Origin: Verrucomicrobiota bacterium
GTDB lineage: Bacteria; Verrucomicrobiota; Verrucomicrobiia; Verrucomicrobiales; Verrucomicrobiaceae
DNA length: 64,000 nt
Assembly: GCA_017301975.1 (NCBI GenBank)
Contig: JAFLEI010000016.1
Coordinates: 58,349 to 122,348, forward strand
Direction of reading: 5' to 3'
Every line of letters begins with the position of its first letter. Position 1 is the first letter of the stretch. This document shows, one piece after another, positions 53,023 to 62,553 of the stretch. A program made the translations under genes and the position numbers. The notes under the pieces are model-generated. The model was not told the origin of the DNA, did no database searches, and saw only the letters and a program-made list of their open reading frames with translations.

Positions 53023-54614
53023 GGTTTGGCAGATTCCTGCTGCTTGCGCAGGCTGTGGCGTTCCCAGAGGGATTGTTCAATCCAGAGGTTCAGCATCACG
53101 CCGGGGCGGAGGCCGAAAAGATCTGGCGAGGTGTAGGTTTTGCCTGAGAATTTCGCCTCCAGAGAGGTCTTCATTTCGGGCTCGGCAATGATGACGCGGG
53201 CATCGAGAGTTTCAGGAATGGTGGTGGCGTAATGGACGCTTTTGATGTCGCGCCAGTACCAGGGCAGCGGCCAGCCTGCGTCACGATTGATGACGAGAAC
53301 ATTGAAGGCATCATCCGGCGCCGTCTTCTGCAGATCCCGTACCAGCGGCAGCAGCCGCATGAGATTGGGGGACGTATGCGAGTAAACGTAGGGATTGCGC
53401 GAGTCGGCAGCGTAGAGGTGGATGGCGTGGTTGGTCTGCGCAATGAGATGGTACATGCCGAGGGCGAAGGCGACTCTGAAAATGATCCGCGAGAAGCTGC
53501 CCGTGAGCGCGCCCGCTATCGCCGCAGCACCCACTCCGGCCAGCAGCGTCAGCGCATGCTGGGCGCTGAGAATGGACCACGGGGTCTTGTAGGCGAGGAA
53601 GGAGTAGATGAAGAAAAGGGCGAGGGTGTAAACGGAGAGAAAAACGAGAAAGGCCTGCCGTGCGGGCTGCTTGGCGTGATTTCCCAGAAACGCATACAGC
53701 ATGCCGACGATGCCGAGCCCGCCGATCATCGCCTCACTCCACACGAGGCCGTCTTTGCGCCAGAAGATGAGCGTGAGGTAGTAGTGCCAGGGCTTCTCGT
53801 GGCCGCTGCCGCCGGAGCGCTCGAAGTAGTTCAGATAGGTCAGGGCGCTGTCCTTCACGGCCTGCCAGTCTTTGAAGCCACCGGAATAGATCGTGACGCT
53901 GGTCACGATGGCGGCGATGATGACCCACAGCCACGGAGATCCCGCACGGCGCTTGCCTGCGCCGATGTCATAGCCGCTGCGCCGAGGTGCGAAGTCCCCG
54001 ATCATCATTTTAGTCACGACGAATCCGGCCAGCCCTGCGACGACATTGATCACGAAGGTCTCCTTCGTGGCGTGCTGCATGCCGAAGGCAAACCCCGCCA
54101 CCACCAGCCACCAGCGCCCACCCCCCTGGGAGTAGTGCCAGAGCGCGGCAATGCTGAGGGTGATGAGAAGCACAAACGGCACCTCCATGATGAAGTACCG
54201 TGAGTAATAGACCTCCATCGGCGAGATGGAGATGAGCAGCATCGCGAACCCCGTGGCCAGACGGCCGATCGCATTGCGCAGCAGCAGCGTGGCAAGCAGG
54301 AGCAGCAGTCCGCAGACCACGGGCACCGTGCGCAACTGGGCCTCCGTCCACGTGGACGAGTCCCCCCAGCCGGCGAGCCTGGACCAGATGCGCGTCAGGT
54401 AATGGAGGCCTGGACCGTGGAAATCTTTGGGATCGTACTGGAAATGACCGGTGGCTTGAAATTCAGCGGACTTCATCGCGAGGATGGCCTCATCGGTGTG
54501 CATGGGGCGTTCGCCGAGTGTGGGAAAGCGGTAATAGCCACCGAGGAAAAGAGAGACTAGGGCGAAGATGATCAGGCCGATGTGGCTGAGGGACTTTTTC
54601 TGGGGAGGAGGCAT
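53019..54614 (-). CDS. ArnT/PMT-like (GT39/GT83-type, TIGR03663-like) polytopic membrane glycosyltransferase
   Basis: 531 aa with more than 10 predicted TM segments. The N-terminal loop is RFPTLGERPMHTDEAILAMKS...DPKDFHGPGLHYL, typical of the family. Confidence 0.7.
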   Translation of the reverse strand: MPPPQKKSLSHIGLIIFALVSLFLGGYYRFPTLGERPMHTDEAILAMKSAEFQATGHFQYDPKDFHGPGLHYLTRIWSRLAGWGDSSTWTEAQLRTVPVVCGLLLLLATLLLRNAIGRLATGFAMLLISISPMEVYYSRYFIMEVPFVLLITLSIAALWHYSQGGGRWWLVVAGFAFGMQHATKETFVINVVAGLAGFVVTKMMIGDFAPRRSGYDIGAGKRRAGSPWLWVIIAAIVTSVTIYSGGFKDWQAVKDSALTYLNYFERSGGSGHEKPWHYYLTLIFWRKDGLVWSEAMIGGLGIVGMLYAFLGNHAKQPARQAFLVFLSVYTLALFFIYSFLAYKTPWSILSAQHALTLLAGVGAAAIAGALTGSFSRIIFRVAFALGMYHLIAQTNHAIHLYAADSRNPYVYSHTSPNLMRLLPLVRDLQKTAPDDAFNVLVINRDAGWPLPWYWRDIKSVHYATTIPETLDARVIIAEPEMKTSLEAKFSGKTYTSPDLFGLRPGVMLNLWIEQSLWERHSLRKQQESAKP

Positions 54615-54638
54615 TGGAAAAAACGAATGTCGAATGGG

Positions 54639-55136
54639 CTAGATGAGTTCGCGACGTTCGACCTGGAGACTTTGCTGGCGGGTGCGGCGCAGATGGAAGC
54701 GCTCGCGCGTGGGCCCCAGGGTTTCACTGCCGCCATGCTCGACGAGCACAGTGACATACTGAGGATGCACGGACATTTCGAGAAAGCGCAGCACGGGGGT
54801 GCCGCGCGTGCGGAAGAAGCAGTAAAGCGGCACATGCGGATGCGCGGCGTTCCACAGCCAGCGCGCCGGGGCAAAACGTTCCTCATCCATCAGGGCGCAG
54901 AGGATTTCACGCATCACCATCTCGCCGTGCTTGCGCGACCACTTCCAGGCCTCGCGGCGGTTCATGAGCTCATTGAACTTGGCGACGAGCGGATTGGCAT
55001 GCGCCTGCTCCATCTCCTGGATGAGCTCGCCCGTGTGCACGGCCATGGCCTTGCGGAATTCCTCCCGCGAGATGTGGCCGCTGTCCAGCCAGCGAAACAG
55101 CTGCTGCGGAGTAGGGACTGGGTCGGGCGAAAGCAT
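54639..55136 (-). CDS. Hypothetical protein (165 aa)
   Basis: ATG 55136 MLSPDPVPTPQQLFRWLDSGHISREEFRKAMAVHTGE... The longer track ORF would overlap the upstream gene. No family recognised. Confidence 0.5.
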   Translation of the reverse strand: MLSPDPVPTPQQLFRWLDSGHISREEFRKAMAVHTGELIQEMEQAHANPLVAKFNELMNRREAWKWSRKHGEMVMREILCALMDEERFAPARWLWNAAHPHVPLYCFFRTRGTPVLRFLEMSVHPQYVTVLVEHGGSETLGPTRERFHLRRTRQQSLQVERRELI

Positions 55137-55198
55137 GGCGAATCGCCCAAGTTTGGCGCGTTCGCGGACGTTCGCAAATTCGCTGTTGCCCGGCCTGA

Positions 55199-57628
55199 TT
55201 ATTCTTCGCCGGCCTTGATGTTCTGCGGGATGTTGAGAATGCGGAGCAGATTGTGATAGCGGTCGGTCCACAGCCGGACGTCATGCTTCAGCTCGGTCTC
55301 GTTGCCCAGAACGTCCGGCGGGGTGGCTTTGAGGAATCCTTCGTTGCGGGTCACCAGGATGTAGTCGGTCGAATCATGGTCGCCTTCGGCATCAGTGGCG
55401 ATTCGGGTGGTTTTGAAGCCGGTAGCCGCAGCGATCTTTTCGATGACCGGCGCGAGCACGAGATAACTGTTGGTGATGTGCACGGCGATGATGCCGTCCG
55501 GCTTCATGTGACGATCATAGATGTCAAAGGCCTCCTTGGTCAGCAGGTGCACGGGCACGGAGTCACCACTGAAGGCATCGAGCAGCAGCACATCAAACTG
55601 CTGCGACTGCTCACGATCAAGAGCCAGACGTGCGTCGGAGATGACGATCTCCACCTTGGCACCGCGTTTTTTCGCATCCTCAAGGTAGAAAAACCACTTC
55701 TCCGCTATGCGCATCACATCGGGATTGATGTCATAAAAGCGGAAGGTCTGGCCGCTTTTGGCGTAGCAGGCCACCGTGCCCGCGCCCATGCCCACCACGC
55801 CGACACGCGCGTCCGGCCGGTCCTTGATGCTGTCGAGCGCTTTGCCAATGCCTGTCGGGTGGCCATAGTAGCTGGTGGGCTCCTCGCGCAGTCCCGCTGC
55901 CAGGTTTTGCATGCCGTGGACGATGCCTCCATTGGTGAGCTCGCGGTATTGCAGGGTCTCGCCGCCGCTCTCGTAATCATCTTCCGAGACGGAGAGCATG
56001 CCGTAGAAATTGCGCACGCGTTCAATGAGCTTGTCGTTCTTCTTGACGCCGTAGTCTTTCATCATCAGCAGGATCAAGGTGAAGTACATGCCCAGCAGGG
56101 TGATGGAAACCAAGCCGGGCCGCATGCGCCCACGCCGGCTCAGTCGGAAAATGAGCACACCCAGGCAGAGGCCGATGGTACCTAGGGCGCCGTAGATCGC
56201 CGCAGCCGGTGGCATGTCTTTTTGCTTCATCAATTCCCGCAACTTCTCAAGGGTCAGGATGCCTCTTTGATGGAGCTCCCAGCCAATCCAGCAAGTCACC
56301 CCTGTGATGACGAGTGCCAGCAGCCATTCCCAAACATGCTTCACTCTCAGCACAGAGCGCAGCAAGATGTAGCAGGCCAGGGCGGCCACCACGATGAGGC
56401 TGATCGGCCATTCGGCAAAGGAGGTGAACAGGTGAGGTGCCCCCAGGCTGACGAACAATCCGCCCAGCGCACCGCCGAAGGACATAAGGAGATAAAACTC
56501 CGTGAGCCGACGCGGGGAGGGTTTCAGCCGTGTGAGTTCGCCATGGCAGAGCATGCAGGCGATGAACATGGCGCTGAAGGACCAGCCCAGCTCCCAGATG
56601 AAATTCGGGGTGAGGTCGATGTTGCTCAGGTGGAAAGTGTGCCCCGTCAGCCGGTTAAGAGTCGGCTCCACTTGGTTGTGCAGCATCGTTTCAAACTCCG
56701 TCCAGAAGCTCTGCTCCTGCAGGAGCTTTTCCGTGCAGGTGAGAAACAGCACGGGCAGCGCCAGCAGCGCCCACAGCGCGCAGATGCGCGAATACCAGCG
56801 CTCATGCTCAAAGCAGATGATGAAGGTGAGCAGATAGAGGCTCAGCGGCACGACCCACAGAAAGGGGATCACCGCCACGTCCTGGCAGACGTGGTTCGTC
56901 GCGGAAAGCAGCACGCAGCTTGCCAGCGCAGGCAGCAGCACCCACTGAATTCTCTTCAGCCAGCCGGGGTGGTCTGCCGCCCTGTCGATCACCTCGACGG
57001 GCTTGGACTCTGCCGCGATGGCGTGGCTGCGGTCGAGCCAGATGCCCGCCAGAGAGAGCACCACAAAGGCGCCAAAGCCCACCGCCCATAGCGTCGTCTG
57101 CTCCACCACATCCCAGTGCACTTCAAAGAACAGCGGATAGCTCAGCAGCGCCGCCAGCGAGCCGATGTTGGACAGCGCATACAACCGCCACGGACTGGCT
57201 CCGTTGGTGGTGCGGGTGAACCACACCTGCACCAGCGGGCTGGTGCTGGAGAGCACGAAGTAAGGCAGGCCCACGCTGACAAACAGCAGCAGCAAAATGC
57301 GCAGTGCCGGATCTTCCGCCCCTGTGGGCTTCCACATCTCACTCGGCGCGATGGGCAGCATGGCGATCGCCGCTCCGAGCAGCATGCCATGCAGGATGCC
57401 CTGCCAGCGCCGGGGCAGCAGCGTCAGCGTGTGCGCATAGGCATACCCCGCAAACAGCACCACCTGGAAAAAAAGCATGCACGTCGTCCACACGCCCGGG
57501 CTGCCACCAAACCACGGCAGGATGAATTTGCTGATGATCGGCTGCACCTGAAACAGCAGAAAAGCGCTCAGCAGGCTCAGTGCCGCGAGGATGATACCTG
57601 GGACGACACGGGAAGGGGAGGTGGACAT
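55199..57628 (-). CDS. Fused polytopic membrane domain + spermidine-synthase-like (class I MTase fold) protein
   Basis: ATG 57628. About 500 aa of TM segments, then VGVVGMGAGTVACYA, FYDINPDV, DVLLLDAFSGDSVPVHLLT and PDGIIAVHITN (aminopropyltransferase-like). Confidence 0.8.
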   Translation of the reverse strand: MSTSPSRVVPGIILAALSLLSAFLLFQVQPIISKFILPWFGGSPGVWTTCMLFFQVVLFAGYAYAHTLTLLPRRWQGILHGMLLGAAIAMLPIAPSEMWKPTGAEDPALRILLLLFVSVGLPYFVLSSTSPLVQVWFTRTTNGASPWRLYALSNIGSLAALLSYPLFFEVHWDVVEQTTLWAVGFGAFVVLSLAGIWLDRSHAIAAESKPVEVIDRAADHPGWLKRIQWVLLPALASCVLLSATNHVCQDVAVIPFLWVVPLSLYLLTFIICFEHERWYSRICALWALLALPVLFLTCTEKLLQEQSFWTEFETMLHNQVEPTLNRLTGHTFHLSNIDLTPNFIWELGWSFSAMFIACMLCHGELTRLKPSPRRLTEFYLLMSFGGALGGLFVSLGAPHLFTSFAEWPISLIVVAALACYILLRSVLRVKHVWEWLLALVITGVTCWIGWELHQRGILTLEKLRELMKQKDMPPAAAIYGALGTIGLCLGVLIFRLSRRGRMRPGLVSITLLGMYFTLILLMMKDYGVKKNDKLIERVRNFYGMLSVSEDDYESGGETLQYRELTNGGIVHGMQNLAAGLREEPTSYYGHPTGIGKALDSIKDRPDARVGVVGMGAGTVACYAKSGQTFRFYDINPDVMRIAEKWFFYLEDAKKRGAKVEIVISDARLALDREQSQQFDVLLLDAFSGDSVPVHLLTKEAFDIYDRHMKPDGIIAVHITNSYLVLAPVIEKIAAATGFKTTRIATDAEGDHDSTDYILVTRNEGFLKATPPDVLGNETELKHDVRLWTDRYHNLLRILNIPQNIKAGEE

Positions 57629-57735
57629 GGGAGAAAGGGCGTGAGGCTGGCATATCACCCGGACCGAGGGAAGATAAAAGTAAGGACATTGTGCAGAGCC
57701 GCTGGCAATTTACGCCCGCCGCGACATCATGCCGC

Positions 57736-58707
57736 ATGCCACAGCCGCCCCGCCGCCCGTTCCGTCCACGCCCCTCACCGACCCGTGAGCCGGGCAGTCG
57801 TGAGCAGGAGGATCGTCAGCAAGCCAGCCCGAAGCAAGGGGCGCGCCCGCAGGGGCATAATGCGCAAGGCGCTCGTCCGCTGGGCAATCGTGAACAGTTC
57901 AAGCGTGATCCGGGCAACCGCGCCCAGCGCAAGCTCAATCGTGCGCAGGGCGGCCACACCCATGGCACCTCATGGGAAAAATCCGCCGACTGGTACGATG
58001 GCATCATCGGAGAGCGCGGCTCCGAATTGTATCAAGCCGTCGTCATTCCCGGCGCGCTCAATCTGCTGGCACCGAAGCGCGGTGAACGCGTGCTCGACCT
58101 CGGCTGCGGGCAGGGTGTGTTTTCACGCGCTCTCGCGCAGGCTGGCTGCCAGGTCACAGGGGTGGATGCTGCGCCGACGCTGATCCAAAAAGCACGCACT
58201 TATCCCGTCAAGCCGCCGGTGCGTTACCTCGCCCGCGATGCCGCGCAGATCGAAGACCTCGGCGAGTTCGATGCCGCCTCCGCCATCCTTTGCGTGCAAA
58301 ACATGGAGCACCTCGATGTCGTCAGCGCCGCCGCCGCGAAAGTGCTCAAGCCCGGCGGCCGCATGCTCTGGGTGGTCAATCACCCCGCCTTTCGCATCCC
58401 GCGTCAGACGAGCTGGGGCAATGATGAAGCCACCAAGATTCAGTACCGCCGCATCGATGCCTACAGCAGCACCCTGAGCATCCCCATCATCATGCACCCC
58501 GGCAGGCCCGACAGCGAGACCACCACGTCCTTCCACCGCAGCCTGCAAACCCTCACCGGCACCGGCTTCAGCGCGGGCCTGCGGCTCGCTGGCATGGAAG
58601 AATGGTACTCCCACAAGGAGAGCCAGCCGGGGCCGAGAGCGGGAGCAGAGAACCGTGCCCGCAAAGAATTTCCCCTCTTCCTGGCGCTGCTGTGGGAGAA
58701 GCGGTGA
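57736..58707 (+). CDS. Class I SAM-dependent methyltransferase with about 75-aa basic low-complexity N-terminal extension
   Basis: SAM motif VLDLGCGQGVFS; PGGRMLWVVNHPAF. The only in-frame ATGs upstream of the MTase core are 57691 and 57736, so the Arg/Pro/Gln-rich leader appears to be translated. Confidence 0.7.
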   Translation: MPQPPRRPFRPRPSPTREPGSREQEDRQQASPKQGARPQGHNAQGARPLGNREQFKRDPGNRAQRKLNRAQGGHTHGTSWEKSADWYDGIIGERGSELYQAVVIPGALNLLAPKRGERVLDLGCGQGVFSRALAQAGCQVTGVDAAPTLIQKARTYPVKPPVRYLARDAAQIEDLGEFDAASAILCVQNMEHLDVVSAAAAKVLKPGGRMLWVVNHPAFRIPRQTSWGNDEATKIQYRRIDAYSSTLSIPIIMHPGRPDSETTTSFHRSLQTLTGTGFSAGLRLAGMEEWYSHKESQPGPRAGAENRARKEFPLFLALLWEKR

Positions 58708-58955
58708 CTTCCGTTGAGTGAAGTCTTTATCATTGCCATGAACAATCCGCTGATCCAGGAAGTTTGTGCGGCCAGAGAGATATAGGCAGCCCAATTCGAT
58801 TTTGATCTGCACCGAATCTTCGCAGACGCCATTCAGCGGCAGGGCAAAGATACGGTCAATCGCCAGTCAGCGACACGTAAAGAGCCCCTTGCAGTCGAGG
58901 CGATGGCTTCAGCGCAGGCGAGCTTTTGATGTCCAGGCTCCGCGGCGCGGGACAT

Positions 58956-59879
58956 TCATTCTTTGCTCCAGCTTGGGCTGTAGGAGCAATCACCGTCTTT
59001 GTTGGAAGTGAGGGGGCGCTGCTGGGTTCCATCACTTTTCATGATCCAGATGTCCATCGCATTGGAATCCTTGGGGGTGCGGGTGAAGGCGATCCATTGG
59101 CCGTCCGGGGACCACGCGGGTTCTGAATCACGGACTTTACCCTGGCTGACATTCTTCTTGGCAGAGCCGTCGCGATTCATGGTGAAGATGGCGCCGTGGT
59201 CCATGTAGGCGATGTGTTTTCCATCGGGAGACAGAGCCGGATGATGGCCGTAGGAGTTCTTGGTCAGATTGGTTTGATTCTGGCCGTCGGCATCCATCAC
59301 GTAGATGTCGCGGTGGCCGCCGCCGCCTGAAGTGCCCGGAGTTTCATTGCGGGTGGTTTCAAACAGAAGCTGCTTGCCGTCAGGCGACCAGCTTGGAGTC
59401 CAGTTGTAGTATTCGCCCGAGGTCAGTTCTTTGAAATTTTTCCCATCGATGTCTGCCGTCATGATGTGTGAACTGGTTGGATGGTAGATGACAAAGGCGA
59501 TCCGCTTGCCGTCCGGAGAGATGGAAGGTGCATCCACTCGTTCACCAGGCGTGAGGATCGGAGTATTGGTGTGCTGAGTCAGATCGTAGAGGTGGATGCC
59601 GCTGGCCCTAAGATCATTGGCTGCATAGATGATTTGTCTGCCATCGGGTGAAAATTCAGAATCCCGTGTTTTATACGCCAGCGTCATGCTACGGAAGTCA
59701 TCCGTCATGACAAAAACGTCTCCAGAACTGCCGAAGCCCGCGCTGGTCACAAAGGCGAGCTTACCGACAGGAATCGTGACGGGAGATTCAGCCCCGGCTT
59801 TCTCCTGGGCGGAAAGAGGTTGGTTGGTGAGAGCTAAAACAGCAGTCAGAAAAAGGAGAGGCGTTCTCATGGTCAACAA
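58956..59879 (-). CDS. TolB-like periplasmic beta-propeller protein (PD40 repeats)
   Basis: Signal MRTPLLFLTAVLALTNQPLSA. Repeated SPDG motifs (FSPDGRQIIY, ISPDGKRIAF, WSPDGKQLLF, LSPDGKHIAY, WSPDGQWIAF). Confidence 0.8.
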   Translation of the reverse strand: MLTMRTPLLFLTAVLALTNQPLSAQEKAGAESPVTIPVGKLAFVTSAGFGSSGDVFVMTDDFRSMTLAYKTRDSEFSPDGRQIIYAANDLRASGIHLYDLTQHTNTPILTPGERVDAPSISPDGKRIAFVIYHPTSSHIMTADIDGKNFKELTSGEYYNWTPSWSPDGKQLLFETTRNETPGTSGGGGHRDIYVMDADGQNQTNLTKNSYGHHPALSPDGKHIAYMDHGAIFTMNRDGSAKKNVSQGKVRDSEPAWSPDGQWIAFTRTPKDSNAMDIWIMKSDGTQQRPLTSNKDGDCSYSPSWSKE

Positions 59880-59929
59880 AATGTCTCGAGTGCCAATGAA
59901 TTGCTGGAGTCAGGGATAGTTCTCAGTTC

Positions 59930-60394
59930 TCACTGCGACCGGGCGATGGAAAGATCCAAAAAAGCCGCAGGGTCCAATGCGAAGTGGGCGGCGAGCGCTT
60001 TGGCTTGCGGGACCGTGAAGGGACGGGTGCCATTGAGCAGGCGGGTGATGACGGAGCGGTCTGCCCCAATCGCACGAGCCACGGCGGCGGCGGTCTGACC
60101 GGACTCTTCCAGCAGAAGCCGCAGCAATGCCGCAGGCGCAAGGTCAGCAGCGGCGGGAGAGTGGGCCTCATCCCAGAGGGTGAGTACTTCGTTGAGCATT
60201 TCCAAGTAATCACGTTGATCGGCGGAGAGACGGCGTTCATCTACCGCGAGCGCGTCGATCATGGCTTCGACCTCGGCGGCCTGAGCGCGGGAATGAATGG
60301 GACGGGGAAGCAGCAACTGGCAGAGGCTGAGGTAATCCTTGGGCAGTTGTGCAAAAGGCGGCGGAGTGAAGCTGGTGCGCGAGGTGGTTTTCAT
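59930..60394 (-). CDS. higA: HigA-type antitoxin (XRE-family HTH at C-terminus)
   Basis: 154 aa. LRLLLEESGQTAAAVARAIGADRSVITRLLNGTRPFTVPQAKALAAHF. Its start overlaps the toxin stop by 4 nt. The toxin-first order is typical of higBA. Confidence 0.75.
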   Translation of the reverse strand: MKTTSRTSFTPPPFAQLPKDYLSLCQLLLPRPIHSRAQAAEVEAMIDALAVDERRLSADQRDYLEMLNEVLTLWDEAHSPAAADLAPAALLRLLLEESGQTAAAVARAIGADRSVITRLLNGTRPFTVPQAKALAAHFALDPAAFLDLSIARSQ

Positions 60395-60699
60395 AGCTCT
60401 TGTTTCCAGGTGTCCTTCGAGTAGCTGGCATGAGTCAGCAGTCGCAGAATGAAGATGTTTTGAGTGCGGTAATGAATGGCGGTGATCAAACGGAAGGCAT
60501 TGCCGCCGAGATTGAACACGGTGACGGTGTTGCCGCTGGCGACTGCCACGGCATCTGCATGCGGGAAGACGCGCCGAACATCAGCAAGGTGCTGCCAGCG
60601 CGCGTGCCTGACAAGCAGCAGCCATTTTTCCATGGCTGGCTGCGAGGTCGGATGTTTCGATGCCAGCTTGCGAAGATGGGACTGCTTGATGACACGCAC
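60391..60699 (-). CDS. higB: HigB-family toxin (mRNA interferase)
   Basis: 102 aa. MRVIKQSHLRKLASKHPTSQPAMEKWLLLVRHARWQHLADVRRVFPHADAV...FNLGGNAFRLITAIHY...ILRLLTHASY matches the HigB (PF09907-like) pattern as I recall it. Confidence 0.8.
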   Translation of the reverse strand: MRVIKQSHLRKLASKHPTSQPAMEKWLLLVRHARWQHLADVRRVFPHADAVAVASGNTVTVFNLGGNAFRLITAIHYRTQNIFILRLLTHASYSKDTWKQEL

Positions 60700-60736
60700 G
60701 CATCATCTGTGCCGTGTGTTGACAAATTGTCAACGA

Positions 60737-61837
60737 TCAAACCAGCCTCACATACCTCCGCCCCGGCAGCGCACGTATCAGCCGCTTCATCTCCAGCCGC
60801 ATCAAGGTGGATGACACCGTCGCCAGCGTCAGACCTGAAGTCGAGGTGATGTCATTGATGTGGGCTTCGTCGGTGCTGATGGCCTTGTAGAGGATCTCCT
60901 CCTCCAGCGTGAGCGTCACGGACGGGCGGGATTCCTGTAGCACGGGCGCCTTGGGCGCGGTGGGAAAGAGGGTCATCAAATCATCCAGCACGTCGGCTCC
61001 ATCCATGATGAGCTTGGCACCCTGCTGGATGAGGCGGTTGCAACCGGCGGAGGTGGGTTTGTCGATGGGGCCGGGCACGGCATAGACCGTGCGGCCCTGC
61101 TCGGTGGCCTGCTGTGCGGTGATGAGGGAGCCGCTGCGCAAAGGGGCCTCCACGACGATCAAGCCGCAGGTCCAGCCCGCGACGATGCGGTTGCGGTAGG
61201 GAAAGGTCTGTTTGTCCGCCATGCGGTCCACGGGGTACTCGCTGATCACTGCACCGTTTTGCGCGATGCGCTCGGCCAGCGCCATGTTCTCCGGCGGGTA
61301 CAATTTGCCGATGCCTGAGCCGATGACGGCGACCGTGCGGCCCTTCGCTGCGAGTGCCGCCTCATGCGCGGCGGTGTCGATGCCACGGGCGAGCCCGCTC
61401 ACGACTGTGTAACCGGCATAGGCGATCTGAAAGCTGAGCTTCTTCGCCGTGCTGAGGCCATAGTGCGTGGCGTGGCGGCTGCCCACGACGCCAAGGGCGT
61501 TGTGATCCCTCTTGGTGAGTTCTCCCCAAACGGTGAGGACCAGTGGCGGGTTGTAGATCTCACGCAGCAGCGGCGGGTAGAGTTCATCCTCCTGCGTGAG
61601 CAGGGTGAGATCGCGCTCCTGGATCTTCTTGAGCTCGCCTGCGAGATCGACCTGAGACTCCCACGCGGCGATGCTCTCCGCCTGCGTCAGTCCGAAGCCT
61701 TCGATCTGGAGAATGTCGCTGCTTTTCGCGCTGAGGATGCGCTCAGGACTCCCGAAGTGCTGCAGCAGTTTGCGCACTCGAACGGGGCCGACCTGGGGAA
61801 GCAGGTTCAGCACAAGCCAGGCCTCGGTGCGGGTCAT
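60737..61837 (-). CDS. dprA: DNA-processing protein DprA (Smf)
   Basis: LGVVGSRHATHYG, VVSGLARGIDTAAHEAAL, VAVIGSGIGKLYPPEN, and the C-terminal winged-helix part. ATG 61837 avoids overlap with the upstream gene; the track ORF starts at 61918. Confidence 0.9.
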   Translation of the reverse strand: MTRTEAWLVLNLLPQVGPVRVRKLLQHFGSPERILSAKSSDILQIEGFGLTQAESIAAWESQVDLAGELKKIQERDLTLLTQEDELYPPLLREIYNPPLVLTVWGELTKRDHNALGVVGSRHATHYGLSTAKKLSFQIAYAGYTVVSGLARGIDTAAHEAALAAKGRTVAVIGSGIGKLYPPENMALAERIAQNGAVISEYPVDRMADKQTFPYRNRIVAGWTCGLIVVEAPLRSGSLITAQQATEQGRTVYAVPGPIDKPTSAGCNRLIQQGAKLIMDGADVLDDLMTLFPTAPKAPVLQESRPSVTLTLEEEILYKAISTDEAHINDITSTSGLTLATVSSTLMRLEMKRLIRALPGRRYVRLV

Positions 61838-61850
61838 TGCACGCTGAGGC

Positions 61851-62363
61851 TCAGGCGATGGAAGCAGCGGCTTCGCCGTTTTTCGCGGCAGCGGCGGCGG
61901 ATTCGGGCAGCGCGACATTGGTCTGCACGGAGCCGGAGCCGATCAGTTTGCGGAAGATTTTCGAAGGGAAGGACTGGCCCTTCTCCTCGTTTTCAAGCTG
62001 GCCCAGGGCCGCCGATTTGGCCATTTCCCACGCAGGGGCAAACCCCGGTGCGCTGATGATCATCTGCTTCTCGGCGCGGGCCAGGATTTCCAGTTCGCGC
62101 TGCATCTTGTTGTCCGGGCGCTCGTTGAGGCGGGCGATCTGCATGCGCAGGTTTTCGTTCTCCTGCTTCAGCGCCGCGCGCTCTTTGTTGATGTCCTGGC
62201 TCTGCTTGGAGTCGAGATCCAGTTTGTCACTCAACATGCCCTTGTAGCGCTTGAGCTCGCGTTTGGTCTTCCAGTGGCCCCACAGGGACTGGACGAGGAA
62301 AATGCCGCAGAGCACGACGCCGTAGATGAAGGTGTTCTGGGGGGAGAGGAGGTCTTTGAACAT
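61851..62363 (-). CDS. Membrane-anchored coiled-coil protein
   Basis: 170 aa. TM FIYGVVLCGIFLVQSLW, then a heptad-like region (KERAALKQENENLRMQIARLNERPDNKMQRELEILARAEKQ). Ends 13 nt upstream of dprA. Confidence 0.55.
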   Translation of the reverse strand: MFKDLLSPQNTFIYGVVLCGIFLVQSLWGHWKTKRELKRYKGMLSDKLDLDSKQSQDINKERAALKQENENLRMQIARLNERPDNKMQRELEILARAEKQMIISAPGFAPAWEMAKSAALGQLENEEKGQSFPSKIFRKLIGSGSVQTNVALPESAAAAAKNGEAAASIA

Positions 62364-62496
62364 AGCTGAAGAAAACTAACTCATGCCCCGCTGTGTGCAA
62401 CCGGGCAAAGCGCTGGCGCGATGGGCATTCCACCCCGCGACTCCCTCAGTTTACGAGCCTCCGGCTGAAAAGGAGCTCTTTTGGGCATGGTTTATT

Positions 62497-62537
62497 ATTA
62501 CCCGGATAATATTCGTGTTGATTTTTATCCGGGTAAT
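62497..62537. promoter_or_regulatory. Perfect 13-bp inverted repeat (candidate operator) upstream of the DUF2239 gene
   Basis: attacccggataa (62497-62509) and ttatccgggtaat (62525-62537), separated by 15 nt, in an AT-rich stretch ending 17 nt before ATG 62554. Confidence 0.5.
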
Positions 62538-62553
62538 ATTATGAGTCGAATCT

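Noticed and set aside
58710-58880. Possible remnant of a PIN-domain gene on the minus strand (…LAIDRIFALPLNGVCEDSVQIKIELGCLYLSGRTNFLDQRIVHGNDKDFTQ…).
   Set aside because: The resemblance to VapC C-termini is weak. The frame is bounded by a stop just upstream and has no start. Evidence is insufficient.
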